A DNA stretch of 63,708 nucleotides, the filler included, from Octopus bimaculoides (taxonomy: Eukaryota), in the NCBI RefSeq assembly GCF_001194135.2. It is 6 parts of 6 records of this genome, joined end to end, with 100 filler letters (N's around TTAATTAATTAA, not from the genome) between each part and the next. Parts side by side here need not be neighbours in the genome. Positions count along the whole stretch, not along the records: positions 1 to 26,551 come from NC_068985.1; positions 26,652 to 42,731 come from NC_068982.1; 4 more parts are not named here. One strand, 5' to 3'. Under the pieces are notes generated by a model that saw nothing but the letters and a program-made list of their open reading frames with translations, was not told the DNA's origin and made no database searches. This document shows positions 22,381 through 35,420 of this stretch, piece by piece (position 1 is the first letter of the stretch; each line of letters opens with the position of its first letter). Made by a program: the position numbers and the translations under genes.

Positions 22381-24855
22381 ACATTAGTTAAATATTTTCT
22401 GTGATATAAATGACAAATGCTTATGAAATTTCCACGTTATATTAGAAAATGATAATAGTGTGAAAGATCGAGTAAAAACCAACAGCATTTTACAAAACCG
22501 TTACTGTTAAAATTAAATCAAACATAACAGTTTAGAAATCTGTTTATGATCTAACTTGAAACTGGTACAAGTGGAATGATACATAAACACTTTTGTAAAG
22601 GCTTTGATAGATATGTGGATTGAAATAAACAGAAATACTTCTGAGCACCCGACAGAAATATATCTGAGCACCACTGAAACCAGATTTGTCAACCACTCTT
22701 TCTACAATGTATTTCAAAAGGTAGAGAGCGCAGCTGATAGATCCACTCAAAAGAACTAGACGCAGTACAGAGCTTTTTCAACAAGTATAAACACTAGCAA
22801 AAAGCTTATACTCTGTATCCAGTAGATTTATGAACTGGGAATTGTCGATTACTTCCTATATTTTAGATTTTTTTTATTAGCAAAGCCATTACTCTCCTGT
22901 TCACATACTTAGGAAAGGTCCTGTTCTTATGTCAATTGCAATAGAAATCTGTCAAGACATCAGCAAATTAGAATGGCATATATAAGTAAGGCTCCATGGG
23001 CACACATTATAAAGCGTCTCATACGAGATGTAACGATCAACTATATCTACCTCATATCTACCTTTATATCTACTTCATATAACAATTTTTTAAACACCCA
23101 AGGGAAATAACTCATAGCATCTGTACAATATTTTTTTAAACATACAAGGGAAATAACCCACTTCATTGTGTATGTTCGCGATTATTTTGAATATTGATTT
23201 TTTTTAGTCCTATTTCTAATTTTTGCAGGCAATATCACTATTATACTTTATTTGACACGTGAGTAGAACTCATGTCTGGAAACCTCGTGACATACTTAGA
23301 TTGTTGAAAAAAAAATCGATAATAGGGCCCTTCCAATGGATCCTTCTATCTACCACATATTACTAATATTTTATTTAAACAAGTGTGTGTGTGTGTATGT
23401 GTGTGTGTGTATTTATACATATACGTATGATTTGTTAACTACTTAGAATACTGGCGAATGATGATTTAGGACAAAATATGCAATAACATATGGTAGAGTA
23501 TAGATATCTCTTTATTTATCATGTACAGGACAAGTCATGCTTTCACCTTTTTTTTTTTCGAGTGTTGAAATCATCAGATTTCAAATGAAATAATCAAAAT
23601 GTACAAGCGAAGTGAAACGGGTGAGTGGAAACTGCGGCATAGTTAGAGGTGGTGCTAGGATATTTCGCTGTTTTTGCAGCTTATCAATGTCACGGAATAC
23701 TATGTGTTTACAACTATATGTTTCTAAAGGGATCTTTCCTGGTGTTTATCTGATAAGTGAAATAAGAGGTCGTTTCTTTACTAAATTTTTAACTCTTTCG
23801 TAATCTATCCAGCCAACCATCTAACCAACACAACCCACCCACCAACCGACATCCAACCCACCAACGCAACCTCACACGCAGGTAATTAAACAAATAACCA
23901 TTCATTCAACTTATGACTCAGCAAACCAATCGATCTACCGATGACCCAATGAATCGATCAGTCAAAGAACTGATCAACCATAACTAAATCGATTAAAAAA
24001 ACACAAACAAATAAAAAGAAATTAGTGCATATAATGATTCAATAAAATCGACACATTATTTCTTACATATCTGCGGTACAAAGCTACATGCTCAGACGTT
24101 TTCAGACACTCCAGTGTACACTGAAAGAACAGCCTTTTGCATCGTATGAAATGCTTCACTCATTAATATTCAGCAACCATTAATGGTATACCCAGAGTTA
24201 AATCTGATTCTTATACCACTTGTTTAACAATTCTTTCTCTGAATTCGCAAATTGCGTGCCACATCCAATCAAATCCATCTGAACACTCACCGCTCCACAG
24301 AACCATATCTTTACTGTGCCTCACCTCTTTCATTTTGCACAGGCCTAGAATCTTTCTCTGAGCCCCTTTCTCCTTACTGAGAGAGACATGTAAATGTTTA
24401 AATTCAACATTTATTGCATCGATTGATACAGTTATGGGCATCAGAAACAAAATCGCCACCGCACATCTAATCTTTAACTAAGAGATTCATGTCAAAGATA
24501 GGTATTAAGGCGTGCGTGCTGCAAATCTTTGTCTTGTTGACGACGCTTACATCTACATCTAGTGTCATTAGGTTGATGTACAAATAACCTTTCCATCAAG
24601 GTGACTCCTGGCCATATAAATGTAGGTATTTTTTTTTATTCTGCAAAGAATAATTAATGGAAGAGAAAGAAAACCTCTGTATGTTTACTTGACCTGCTAG
24701 AAATAGCAGCCAAATATCCTACAACATATTACACCCTAATGAAACAAGAAAAAGAATATATGTGTGCGCGCTCGCGTAATGTTTGTGCCCAGTTTTCGTC
24801 TATTTTTCCATTCTCCATCTAACTTTTGAAATATATGTGTGTATGTATATATATA

Positions 24856-25058
24856 CTCTTTACTTGTTTCAGTTATTTGACTGTGGCCATGCTGGAGCAC
24901 CGCCTTTAGTCAAGCAAATCGACCCCAGGACTTATTCTTTGTAAGCCTAGTACTTATTCTATCGGTCTCTTTTTCCGAACCGCTAAGTTACGGGGACGTA
25001 AACACACCAGCATCGGTTGTCAAGCAATGTTGGGGGGACAACACAGACACACAAACAT
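24856..25058 (-). mobile_element. SINE family A 3' module (remainder in gap)
   Basis: Reverse complement of about 1355-1565. Confidence 0.9.
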
Positions 25059-25679
25059 NNNNNNNNNNNNNNNNNNNNNNNNNNNNNNNNNNNNNNNNNN
25101 NNNNNNNNNNNNNNNNNNNNNNNNNNNNNNNNNNNNNNNNNNNNNNNNNNNNNNNNNNNNNNNNNNNNNNNNNNNNNNNNNNNNNNNNNNNNNNNNNNNN
25201 NNNNNNNNNNNNNNNNNNNNNNNNNNNNNNNNNNNNNNNNNNNNNNNNNNNNNNNNNNNNNNNNNNNNNNNNNNNNNNNNNNNNNNNNNNNNNNNNNNNN
25301 NNNNNNNNNNNNNNNNNNNNNNNNNNNNNNNNNNNNNNNNNNNNNNNNNNNNNNNNNNNNNNNNNNNNNNNNNNNNNNNNNNNNNNNNNNNNNNNNNNNN
25401 NNNNNNNNNNNNNNNNNNNNNNNNNNNNNNNNNNNNNNNNNNNNNNNNNNNNNNNNNNNNNNNNNNNNNNNNNNNNNNNNNNNNNNNNNNNNNNNNNNNN
25501 NNNNNNNNNNNNNNNNNNNNNNNNNNNNNNNNNNNNNNNNNNNNNNNNNNNNNNNNNNNNNNNNNNNNNNNNNNNNNNNNNNNNNNNNNNNNNNNNNNNN
25601 NNNNNNNNNNNNNNNNNNNNNNNNNNNNNNNNNNNNNNNNNNNNNNNNNNNNNNNNNNNNNNNNNNNNNNNNNNNNNNN

Positions 25680-26100
25680 TTTCCCTCTCTCTTTGTTCCC
25701 ATTTCTTTCTCTCTGTCTCCCTCTCCCTCCCTCCCTCTCTTTCTCTCCCTCCCTCTTTCTCTTTTACTCTTTGTTGCTAATATTCTTTCTCTCTCTCTCT
25801 CCCTGTTCTTTCTCTCTCTCTCTCCCTGTTCTTTCTCTCTCTCTTTTTCTACTTTTCTTTTTTCTCGTACACCTCTTCTTTCTCTCTCACTCTCTTTCTC
25901 TATCCTCGCTCACTTTCTCTCTCTCCCTGCTTTCCTCTGTTTCCTTTATTGCTATCTTTCTTTCTCTCTTTCTGTATCTGTCTGACTGTCTCACTCTGTG
26001 TCTGAATGTCTATCTGTTTGCCTATCTGTGCATCTCCCTATCTATCTCTTTGACTCTCTCTTCTTTCTTTCTCTCTCCCTATCTATCTATTTATCTATCT
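25680..26100. repeat. CT-rich polypyrimidine low-complexity tract
   Basis: Degenerate (CT)n; similar GA-rich tracts at about 35800-36110, 45650-46120 and 62940-63400. Confidence 0.9.
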
Positions 26101-26482
26101 GCCAATAAAAAATAAACTATTGATATTTTTTTAACAAATATTTCTGCATGTTAATCTTGATATTACTGTTGTACATGCTAATGTTGTTTATATGGTAAAC
26201 ATTTAAATCATTGTTACTTTTAACGACCACAATAAAATTTGTTGTTCATATTTCTTTCAGGGTTCCTGTCTCGCTTCACGTTGTACTTAACGCCCTCTTG
26301 TGCACGAAATTCTTTCTGAAGTTGGTGCAAACAATTTTAGAAAATATTTATTTATACAGAAACATAAAATGGACACTCATTAGGTACGAGTGTTTTGTAA
26401 TATTCTATTCAGCTCTCTGAAATAAATGCAATGAATTTCTACAGCAGTGGACTGTACTAACGTCTGATATATAAATATATAC

Positions 26483-26540
<58 letters not shown>

Positions 26541-26551
26541 ATATATATATA

Positions 26552-26651
26552 NNNNNNNNNNNNNNNNNNNNNNNNNNNNNNNNNNNNNNNNNNNNTTAAT
26601 TAATTAANNNNNNNNNNNNNNNNNNNNNNNNNNNNNNNNNNNNNNNNNNNN
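26552..26651. other. Assembly spacer: 44 N + TTAATTAATTAA + 44 N (100 nt)
   Basis: Identical geometry at 42732-42831, 53885-53984, 58885-58984 and 61681-61780. The 12-mer has stops in all six frames. Confidence 0.97.
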
Positions 26652-28489
26652 ATATATATACATATATATATAAATATATATGCATATATATACATACACA
26701 TACATATACATATACACATATATATACATACACATACACATACATACACATATACATATATATATATACATACATACACAGACACGGACATATATATATA
26801 CACATACATACACATGTGGCCATACACACTCACATAAACTTGTATACACACATTTATATTTACACACACACAAACATCTAAATGTTTACTTATATTTTTT
26901 AAAAATAAAAATACATCTACACAAATATGCTCCCATACTTATTCACAAGTACACTCATATATGAATATATAAACAAACCTATGTGTTAATAAATACATTT
27001 TTACACAAAAATGTACATATATCCAAAAAGTCATACGTAAATGCATATTCATATATTTAAAAAAAAATAATATTGATAAGAGTAAAAACAAGGGTAAGAG
27101 TGAAAATATAAATGATAATGCGTATGTGTACACAGAAAAATCAATTAAAACACCTCTATTTTAAACAAAACCCTAAATATGTATACACAGACACACACGT
27201 ATATATATATACACATTTTCTCTCACAGATACACACGTATATATAAAAACACCCATACCGGTATGTTCATACGTACATAAATTTAGTATGTTATGGTTGT
27301 TACATGGGTTTATCAAGATTTAAAATATACTCTAATTAAGGTTAATAGATTACGAAAGTATAGATAAATAATTAGAATCGTAAATAATTTTAATTTTCTA
27401 ACCTTTGAGGGAAAAACTAATATGTTTTATTAGAACTATTTTAAGAATTTACTTATTACGGGTAAATATGATAGCGTTTTATAAAAACCTTTATTGTTAT
27501 TTGAATGCAGAATATATATGTTTTTGCCAGTGTTTACATTTGTAAGAATGTTCCATGAAAGTATTTACCAGCGTCCAATTCTCTAACGGTTTTTTTCAAA
27601 TGAATCAAGTCATGACCTTATCCATCTATTGTTTTCATAATCGGTCATAATGTCTTACGTTTAAGATGATGCCCATGCTTTCCCTGATGAGAAGGTTACA
27701 ATTTTAATATCAAAGATCCCTATGGATCACACAGGTTGTAATCCTTTGAAACATATGTAGGAATAAAGTATGCAATTATNNNNNNNNNNNNNNNNNNNNN
27801 NNNNNNNNNNNNNNNNNNNNNNNNNNNNNNNNNNNNNNNNNNNNNNNNNNNNNNNNNNNNNNNNNNNNNNNNNNNNNNNNNNNNNNNNNNNNNNNNNNNN
27901 NNNNNNNNNNNNNNNNNNNNNNNNNNNNNNNNNNNNNNNNNNNNNNNNNNNNNNNNNNNNNNNNNNNNNNNNNNNNNNNNNNNNNNNNNNNNNNNNNNNN
28001 NNNNNNNNNNNNNNNNNNNNNNNNNNNNNNNNNNNNNNNNNNNNNNNNNNNNNNNNNNNNNNNNNNNNNNNNNNNNNNNNNNNNNNNNNNNNNNNNNNNN
28101 NNNNNNNNNNNNNNNNNNNNNNNNNNNNNNNNNNNNNNNNNNNNNNNNNNNNNNNNNNNNNNNNNNNNNNNNNNNNNNNNNNNNNNNNNNNNNNNNNNNN
28201 NNNNNNNNNNNNNNNNNNNNNNNNNNNNNNNNNNNNNNNNNNNNNNNNNNNNNNNNNNNNNNNNNNNNNNNNNNNNNNNNNNNNNNNNNNNNNNNNNNNN
28301 NNNNNNNNNNNNNNNNNNNNNNNNNNNNNNNNNNNNNNNNNNNNNNNNNNNNNNNNNNNNNNNNNNNNNNNNNNNNNNNNNNNNNNNNNNNNNNNNNNNN
28401 NNNNNNNNNNNNNNNNNNNNNNNNNNNNNNNNNNNNNNNNNNNNNNNNNNNNNNNNNNNNNNNNNNNNNNNNNNNNNNNNNNNNNNNNN

Positions 28490-28547
<58 letters not shown>

Positions 28548-28749
28548 AAACTGAATTTTTGTCTGTTTGTTTGTTTGTCAAAATGAAAGTAAAAACAGCA
28601 AATCTGTTGGAGTAGTCTCATACTGGTTCAGATTCGAAACTGAACATTTCAATTCTCCTTGAGAATAAGGCCTATCAAGTTAAAAATACCAATTAAGGAG
28701 ATATATACGCAGTAATGAGGCCTTCTGGCGCAAATTTGGTTTCTTAATC

Positions 28750-30792
28750 AACGAAAGGCGCCCAGTCATTCAACAACTACTGAGTCAGCTGCAAAACAAG
28801 TTCCAAATCCCAAAGATACCACTTTATCAGCTTTTTTTCAATCTTTGTCGGGAGGACAACTTTGCATAAACGCTGCTATATCATGAGGTTCGTTCTTATT
28901 ACACACAGAGCAACAATAAATGGAATCGACGCAAAATAGGTACAAAGGTTCAAGGTCATTCTGGGATTAAATTTAGTACAACAATTAGTAGAGTATATTA
29001 CTGTACATCCTAACGAAAATGAATGCTTTCATCTCCGAATGCTTCTTCATGTAAAAAAAAAAAAAAAGGACCAATTTCATGGGAAAGTTTGAAAGAAGTT
29101 GATGGTTAGGTTTGCAAGAACATATCGAGAAGCGTGTTTGAAGTTGCTTGTAAATGATCAGCAATGGGAAACAACACTGGAGGAAGCTTCAATATCAAAA
29201 ACACCAAAGAGTTTAAGCGGTCTTTTTGCTATTATTCTTAAAAATTGTGAAGTAAGTAATCTTGTTGAACTGTGGAATAAGTTCAGAAATGATTTTGCTG
29301 AAGATTTCAAGCACCAAGTTCAGTTGAGTAATCCTGAGCAAGAAACTGGTTGTAACATGTTATATCCAATGCCGCTTTGATTCAAAAGCAAGTAACTGAT
29401 GTTATATCCTATGCGGCTTTGATTGAAATAGAAGTTCAAACTTTTTCGATAGGAGGTGAGCCTATAGAAAATTTAGGTCTCCCACTAACTAATAAGAGGG
29501 GATCTTAGCAGTATGTCCACATGAAACAATGAGGGAAATTTCCTATGATATGGAGGAACTGACCATGTACATAAATAATAATCTTCCCAAGTTTCTACCT
29601 GCATATTCCACTGTCATAGTGAAATATGCAGGTATTCGTGCATATTCCACTGTCATAGAAAGTATTAACAATAACATAGGAGGACTTTATTTCTTAGATG
29701 CTCCGGGAGGTACTGGGAAAACATTTGTAATTAAATTCCTCCAGGATAAAGTTCGTCAAAAAAAAAAAAAAGCTTTATCTACTGCTACTTCTGGGATTGC
29801 AGCAACATTACTACCCGGAGGTCGAACTACCCATTCAACATTCAAGTTACCTTTAGATTTATCTCACAAAGAAGATCCAGTTTGTAATATATCTAAAAAT
29901 TCTGGAATGGGTTAACTAATACAAAGATGTCACTTAACTGTCTGGGACGAATGTACCATGGCCCACAAAAATGCTTTTGAAGCTATGGACAAAACATTAT
30001 GAGATATTAGAAATTTTAATTCCATGATAGGAAATGTCACAGTATTGTTATCAGGAGACTTCCGACAAACACTAACCAGTTGTTCGAAGAAGAACAAAAG
30101 TGGATGAGCTCAATGCTTCGATAGAGTCTTCTGTATTATGGCATCATGTAAAAACACTTCAGCTTTCGACAAATATGAGATCGATGCTTTCAAGAGATCA
30201 ATCAGCTGAACTATTTGCAGAGCAGCTTTTGAAACTAGGTGAAGGGGGAGTTTGCAATTGATGAAGAACAGTTTCTTAAACTCAATCCAAAATGTAATTC
30301 AGGTGAAATCTTTCCGAATCTTCTTCATAATATACAACAATACAGATTGGATCTGTGAGCGAGCTATCCTGGCTCCAAAAACGTTGTTGTAAATAGAATT
30401 AATAATATGCTATTGAATAAACTTCCGGAAGAAGTATTCACTTATAGCTCAATTGATAGTGTTGTTGATGATCAGGATAGTGTTAAGTACTCCATCAAAT
30501 TTTTGAACTCACTAAACCGCCAAGTACAGCTTCTCATTGTCTTCAGTTGAAAAAAGGGACTCCTTTTTATGCTATTGCGTAATTTGTCTCAACCAAAATT
30601 ATGCAATGGTACAACACTAATTGTGCACAAACTTTTGAGGAAATGCATTGAGGCAAATATTCTCACTGGTTGTGGTAAACGTGACACCGTCTTCATTCCT
30701 CGCATACCAGTTATATCATCTAATGTCCTATTCCAATTGAAGCGGTTACAGTTTCCTATCCAAGTTTCTTTTGCCATGAGCATTAATAAAGT
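28750..30792 (+). mobile_element. Decayed Helitron Rep/PIF1-family helicase (many stops and frameshifts)
   Basis: KDTTLSAFFNLCREDNFA*TLLYHEV; ECFHLRMLLH; TYREACLKLLVNDQQWETTLEEAS; Walker A region GGLYFLDAPGGTGKT; ATSGIAATLLPGGRTTHSTFKLP; WDECTMAHKNAFEAMD; SGDFRQ; MLLRNLSQPKLCNGT; RLQFPIQVSFAMSINK. These are Helitron helicase motifs in the correct order; the sequence is cut off by (TG)n at 30793. Confidence 0.93.
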
Positions 30793-30800
30793 TATGTGTG

Positions 30801-30895
<95 letters not shown>

Positions 30896-30931
30896 ATATA
30901 TACACATATACATGCACATACGTATATACGT

Positions 30932-31000
30932 ACATTGGTGTAAATGGTTAGCACACTTGGCGCGAAAACAAAGAGATGTGGGTTCTATTCCTACGCGTAC
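30932..31000 (+). mobile_element. tRNA-like SINE head (family E) or tRNA pseudogene
   Basis: A-box tggtgtaaatggttagcac and B-box-like gggttctattcc; no intact cloverleaf or acceptor stem. Confidence 0.55.
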
Positions 31001-31474
31001 GGGAAAACCTACTTTTTTCCGCCGAGGGCTTATGAGCCCCATTATTAGACTATTTTCTTCAGTCATTGTACGATGATCACTTACAAGCTTTAAGCTTATA
31101 AAATACTATTACTATTATTTGCAGAATTGTAAAAATCGACGCTGCTTGCCAAAAAACCATCGCAGAAAAGTACGTACGTATACACACACACACACACACA
31201 TAGTGAAGAGGTTGAGATCTTGAGCTGCCCAATATAGAAAACACTTAATACTGCTTAAATAATTTGAACTTCAGAGTCTTTACCGAAGTCTAAGCCTGCA
31301 GGGTCAAGAGTGGCTATAAGTAAAATTCAGGTGTGCTGATACGGTGACAGCGTATGCAGATGAATACGATTAAGCTTCATATATAAAATATACATACGTA
31401 CGTATATATCTACATGTGTATATGTATGCATGTATATTTATACATATCAAGCCTAATCCCGTTTATCTGCATCA

Positions 31475-31518
<44 letters not shown>

Positions 31519-31557
31519 ACATACATACATACATATATATATACATACATACATGCA

Positions 31558-31588
<31 letters not shown>

Positions 31589-32298
31589 GAATATGCATAT
31601 ATATGCACACATACATACACACAGAGTCTTCTATAAATCAGAAAAACAAGCATTCATATATTTGTCAAGAGAGTGGATATATTAATCTTTATAGTATATA
31701 GTATTTTAGATCTATTTCCGTCGATCTTACCAATCGGTTTTGCACAGGAATCAGGGAATTAGATGATTACCTAACAGTGCACTTGTCAGAGTGGCCAGTA
31801 TGGAAAATGGTGAGGGCTGTCTGCTAACGAAGAGTCAGAAAATGTGACATCCGGTTTGTGGGTGCTGTGTACTCGTAAAAGACTAAATGGACCCCTGTGA
31901 GACGATCAAAGGGGAGTGTCATTGAGAGTTATTCCCTTGCTCCCCAAAAGTCAAGAGTTAATTTGGGTGTGGTCGGTGTAGTGTTGATATATGTGTCAAG
32001 GGGTATTTTGGAAGATGGATGGGGCGGATTTCCAATCTTAAATCCATGTGTTAATATATATATATATGCGTATGTGCGTTTGTGTCTAAGGTTAGGTGTA
32101 GTCAACACTATGCTGGATTTTCAGGTTGTAGTGGTGGGAAGTACTGATGGTGGAAGTCCTAACGTTTACAATCATGGTAAAGTCCATAGGTAGCCGATCA
32201 TATACTTACTTTCATTTGTGCAGGAGTGGAAAATCTCGCTCTCGCAGTTTAGGCAGGTATCCAGATAATGAGAGTTCCTTAGTATAGGTCTTTGTCTA

Positions 32299-32388
<90 letters not shown>

Positions 32389-33053
32389 TGGAGAGTTAGT
32401 CCTGAAATTATTTACATATCCGAGAAAGTAAATAATTTAACACACACACGCGCACACACACAAACACACATACACAGACACACGCACATGTGTATGTGTG
32501 TGACAGTAGTCCATTATTCTCTATATACTTAACCACATACCCAGAATTTTGAAAGCAAAATTTGTGACTGACGTAGTGAAAATGGTAATTTATAGTAGAT
32601 TAAAAATACTGGGTGGGAACAATAAGTAATAGGAAACGAATCTAAATGAGTCCTCATTTGCATAACTCTATAGTTCCATTTATGTGGCTGAAAGGGTAAG
32701 AATTTGAGTAGTCTGGGTATAAGAAGTGCACCCTCTAGGGATTTCATTGAAAGTAATATTGAAGATGTTACATATTTTGTCCCATATTGTTATGATGGTG
32801 CAACTGTTTAGTAGTAGGTTTGTAGAAAGAAATGATAAAGGTTAAAAATAAATGGAATATATTTCACAATTGCTTTTAGATTTATCTTTAAAATCATATG
32901 AAAATCTTTATTGTTTTAGAAATGGCATTCTGTATCGAAGATTCTCAAGTACCCAAGAGCATTTCTGCAAGAGCCCTAGTTCAGTCATGAAGCCAGCATC
33001 ATTACTTTTGCTCTAGAAGTGAATGGGTTAACGTTTACTTCCGTTCTTCTAAA

Positions 33054-34110
33054 GTAAGTATTGGATTTCAAGAAGAGATGTGTTTCAATTTATAATCTAT
33101 AATCAACCAGAGAGTGAACATTTAAAATTTCACAAGTAATTAGTCAAATCTATCAAAATTAGTTCACTGACTTGACAAAACTCACAAGTTACGCAATTGC
33201 AGATATAAGAATATTATCATGAATTGTACCATTTAAAGACTGATGTCACACGAGGTGCAGCTGTTATCACAATAATATTTGTAGTCTTTAAAAAAAATAT
33301 GAGTTAAGTTCGGTTTGAGTTTATTCCCAAATTTTATATTCAGCTTCCACAAACATTCTTCGACAGTTCCAATGTTTTCAAGTTTAATAGTGATTTTTAT
33401 TTTTGCATTTCATTCCAGATCATCGGGACACTCACATCATATTACAAGTGTCACAGGGAGTAATATCTTGTGAATATTCACTCAGAATTCGCAGTCCTGT
33501 GGATATTTCTTTGAGATATTACTTTACAGAGTTTGGATTCTCAGTGGGGATTCATCTGTTTTTGTGTAAGAGATATCTGCTACGGATGTCTTGGTATTTT
33601 ATTATATGGATATAATCTCGAAGATGCCATCTACTTGGAGGTGCACCGTGCCAAGCTTCTAGACTGGTTTATGTCACCTGTGGTATATTTCCTCCTTTGG
33701 GGACGTTTGCGTGACTTTCTTTGCCAATGAAACATGCTCAATTGGTTGAGGTCAAACAACTGACAAGCAAATCTGTGGTATTGAGCAGAATATTTGCTGT
33801 AGCCCATCATTTGCACCAAGACAAAACATGAACATGATAACACTTCCAATCAGTTAAAATCAGAAGTCATGTGTGCCACTGGCTTGTATTGCATCAGGGC
33901 ATTTATGATTATTATAATCGTTGTTTTTTTATGTATGTACTATGTAAGTATGGATTTCAAGGAGAAATATGTTTCAATTTACAAACTATAATCAACCAGA
34001 GAGTGAACATTTAAAATTTCACAAGTAATTAGTCAAATCTATCAAAATTAGGTCACTGACTTGACAAAATTCACAAGTTTACGCAATTGCGGATATAAGA
34101 ATATAATCAT
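33054..34110. repeat. 167-bp direct repeat pair (33054-33220 and 33944-34110)
   Basis: Both begin gtaagta(t)tggatttcaag and share tcaaccagagagtgaacatttaaaatttcacaagtaattagtcaaatctatcaaaattag; roughly 90% identical by eye. Confidence 0.9.
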
Positions 34111-35065
34111 TTTTTGATGGACATAAAATGATGGAGATACATACTTTTAAGTCTCACATATAGGTGAAAATATCTCAGTTTCATAAATCCAGACCTGTTA
34201 AAACTTGATTATTTATTGGAATGGAAATCTGTCAGAATCTTAAATTGTCTCGATCGCCGACAATATGACCAAATTTATAACATTTAGCGATCCCACTTCT
34301 AGAAAAACCTTCGCTTTTGAGAGATTTTAGAATTGGTTATTTAAATGAATAGAGATGCTGGAGAATTTAAATATCTGAGATGTTGAAATGACCACCTTTT
34401 GATGACCACGGTCGTGTCACAGTTGACAACGTCGATTATTATAATAGAATGTAATTTACTTGAGACATTGCAATGGTGTGTGATATAAATGTTTGAAAAT
34501 ACCTTTGAGCGATGCAGGTGAGAAGTGGAATAACCTGTTGTCAACTTCTACGAGCTCTTTCAATATTTTCTTTCTTCTGTTTGGAAAGGGGAATGTTTTC
34601 CGACATATTATAGAACCATTAAGCAAGAGTCTATGTAAAATAATACGATATTTTACTTTTTTTTTTCATTTATTGACATCATCTCACATAGCTTGCCTAA
34701 CTTCTTGTCTGCACTACTCAAAAGCTTTTTAAAAACATTTATATGAATTTTAATAGAATTTTCAACTTCATTGTGCATGTAATAACTATAATTAATTATT
34801 TCAATGAACTGAGCAAAAATCTTTCAAATTTTATAATTCTCTGAATTGACTTTATGTCAAAATTTTAAGTTTTTTTTCTGTGACTCAAGATTCCATTTCT
34901 AGTTATATAATTCAAAGTAGATTTAATATTCTAATGTCCTTTGATACACAGAACACATAATTTCTGTCCTCATAAAATGATTTTTCTTATCGACACTTTT
35001 TCAGCTATTTACATTCTAGTATAAATTTAAAGCCAGAAGTCAGGTTAAGCATTGTTAAACATCTA

Positions 35066-35420
35066 GGCACACGTACAGCTGTATAAGAAGCTCGCGTTAC
35101 AACCATGTGTTTTCGAATTCGATCCCACTGCGCAACACCTTGAGCAAGTGTCCTACCTAGCTCCAGGCTGATCAATGCTTTGTGAGTGAATTTGGTCGAC
35201 GGAAACTGTGGAAGCACGTCATTTATATATCTATATCTATGTGTGTGTATCTTGACGTCTGAGTTTGTGCCCCACCTCACACAACTTGACAACCGGTGTT
35301 GGTTTGTTAACGTACCTGCACTTCAGCGGTTCAGTAAAAGAGAATGATAGAATAAATACCAAACTTAAAAAAAAAAGTACTGTGGGCGATTTGTTTGACT
35401 AAATCCATTCAAGGCGGTGT
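35066..35420 (+). mobile_element. Old diverged SINE family A
   Basis: ttcgatcccactgcgcaacaccttgagcaagtgtcc...ttgtgagtgaatttggtcgacggaaactg...gatagaataaatac...ggcgatttgtttgactaaa. Confidence 0.8.

Noticed and set aside
27690-27760. Minus-strand VIHRDL resembling a kinase catalytic loop
   Set aside because: Immediately followed by stops; no DFG or other kinase motifs.
32920-33053. AG...GTAAGT-bounded 134-nt segment as a coding exon
   Set aside because: Stop codons in all three frames, and the donor-like GTAAGT is the start of a duplicated segment.
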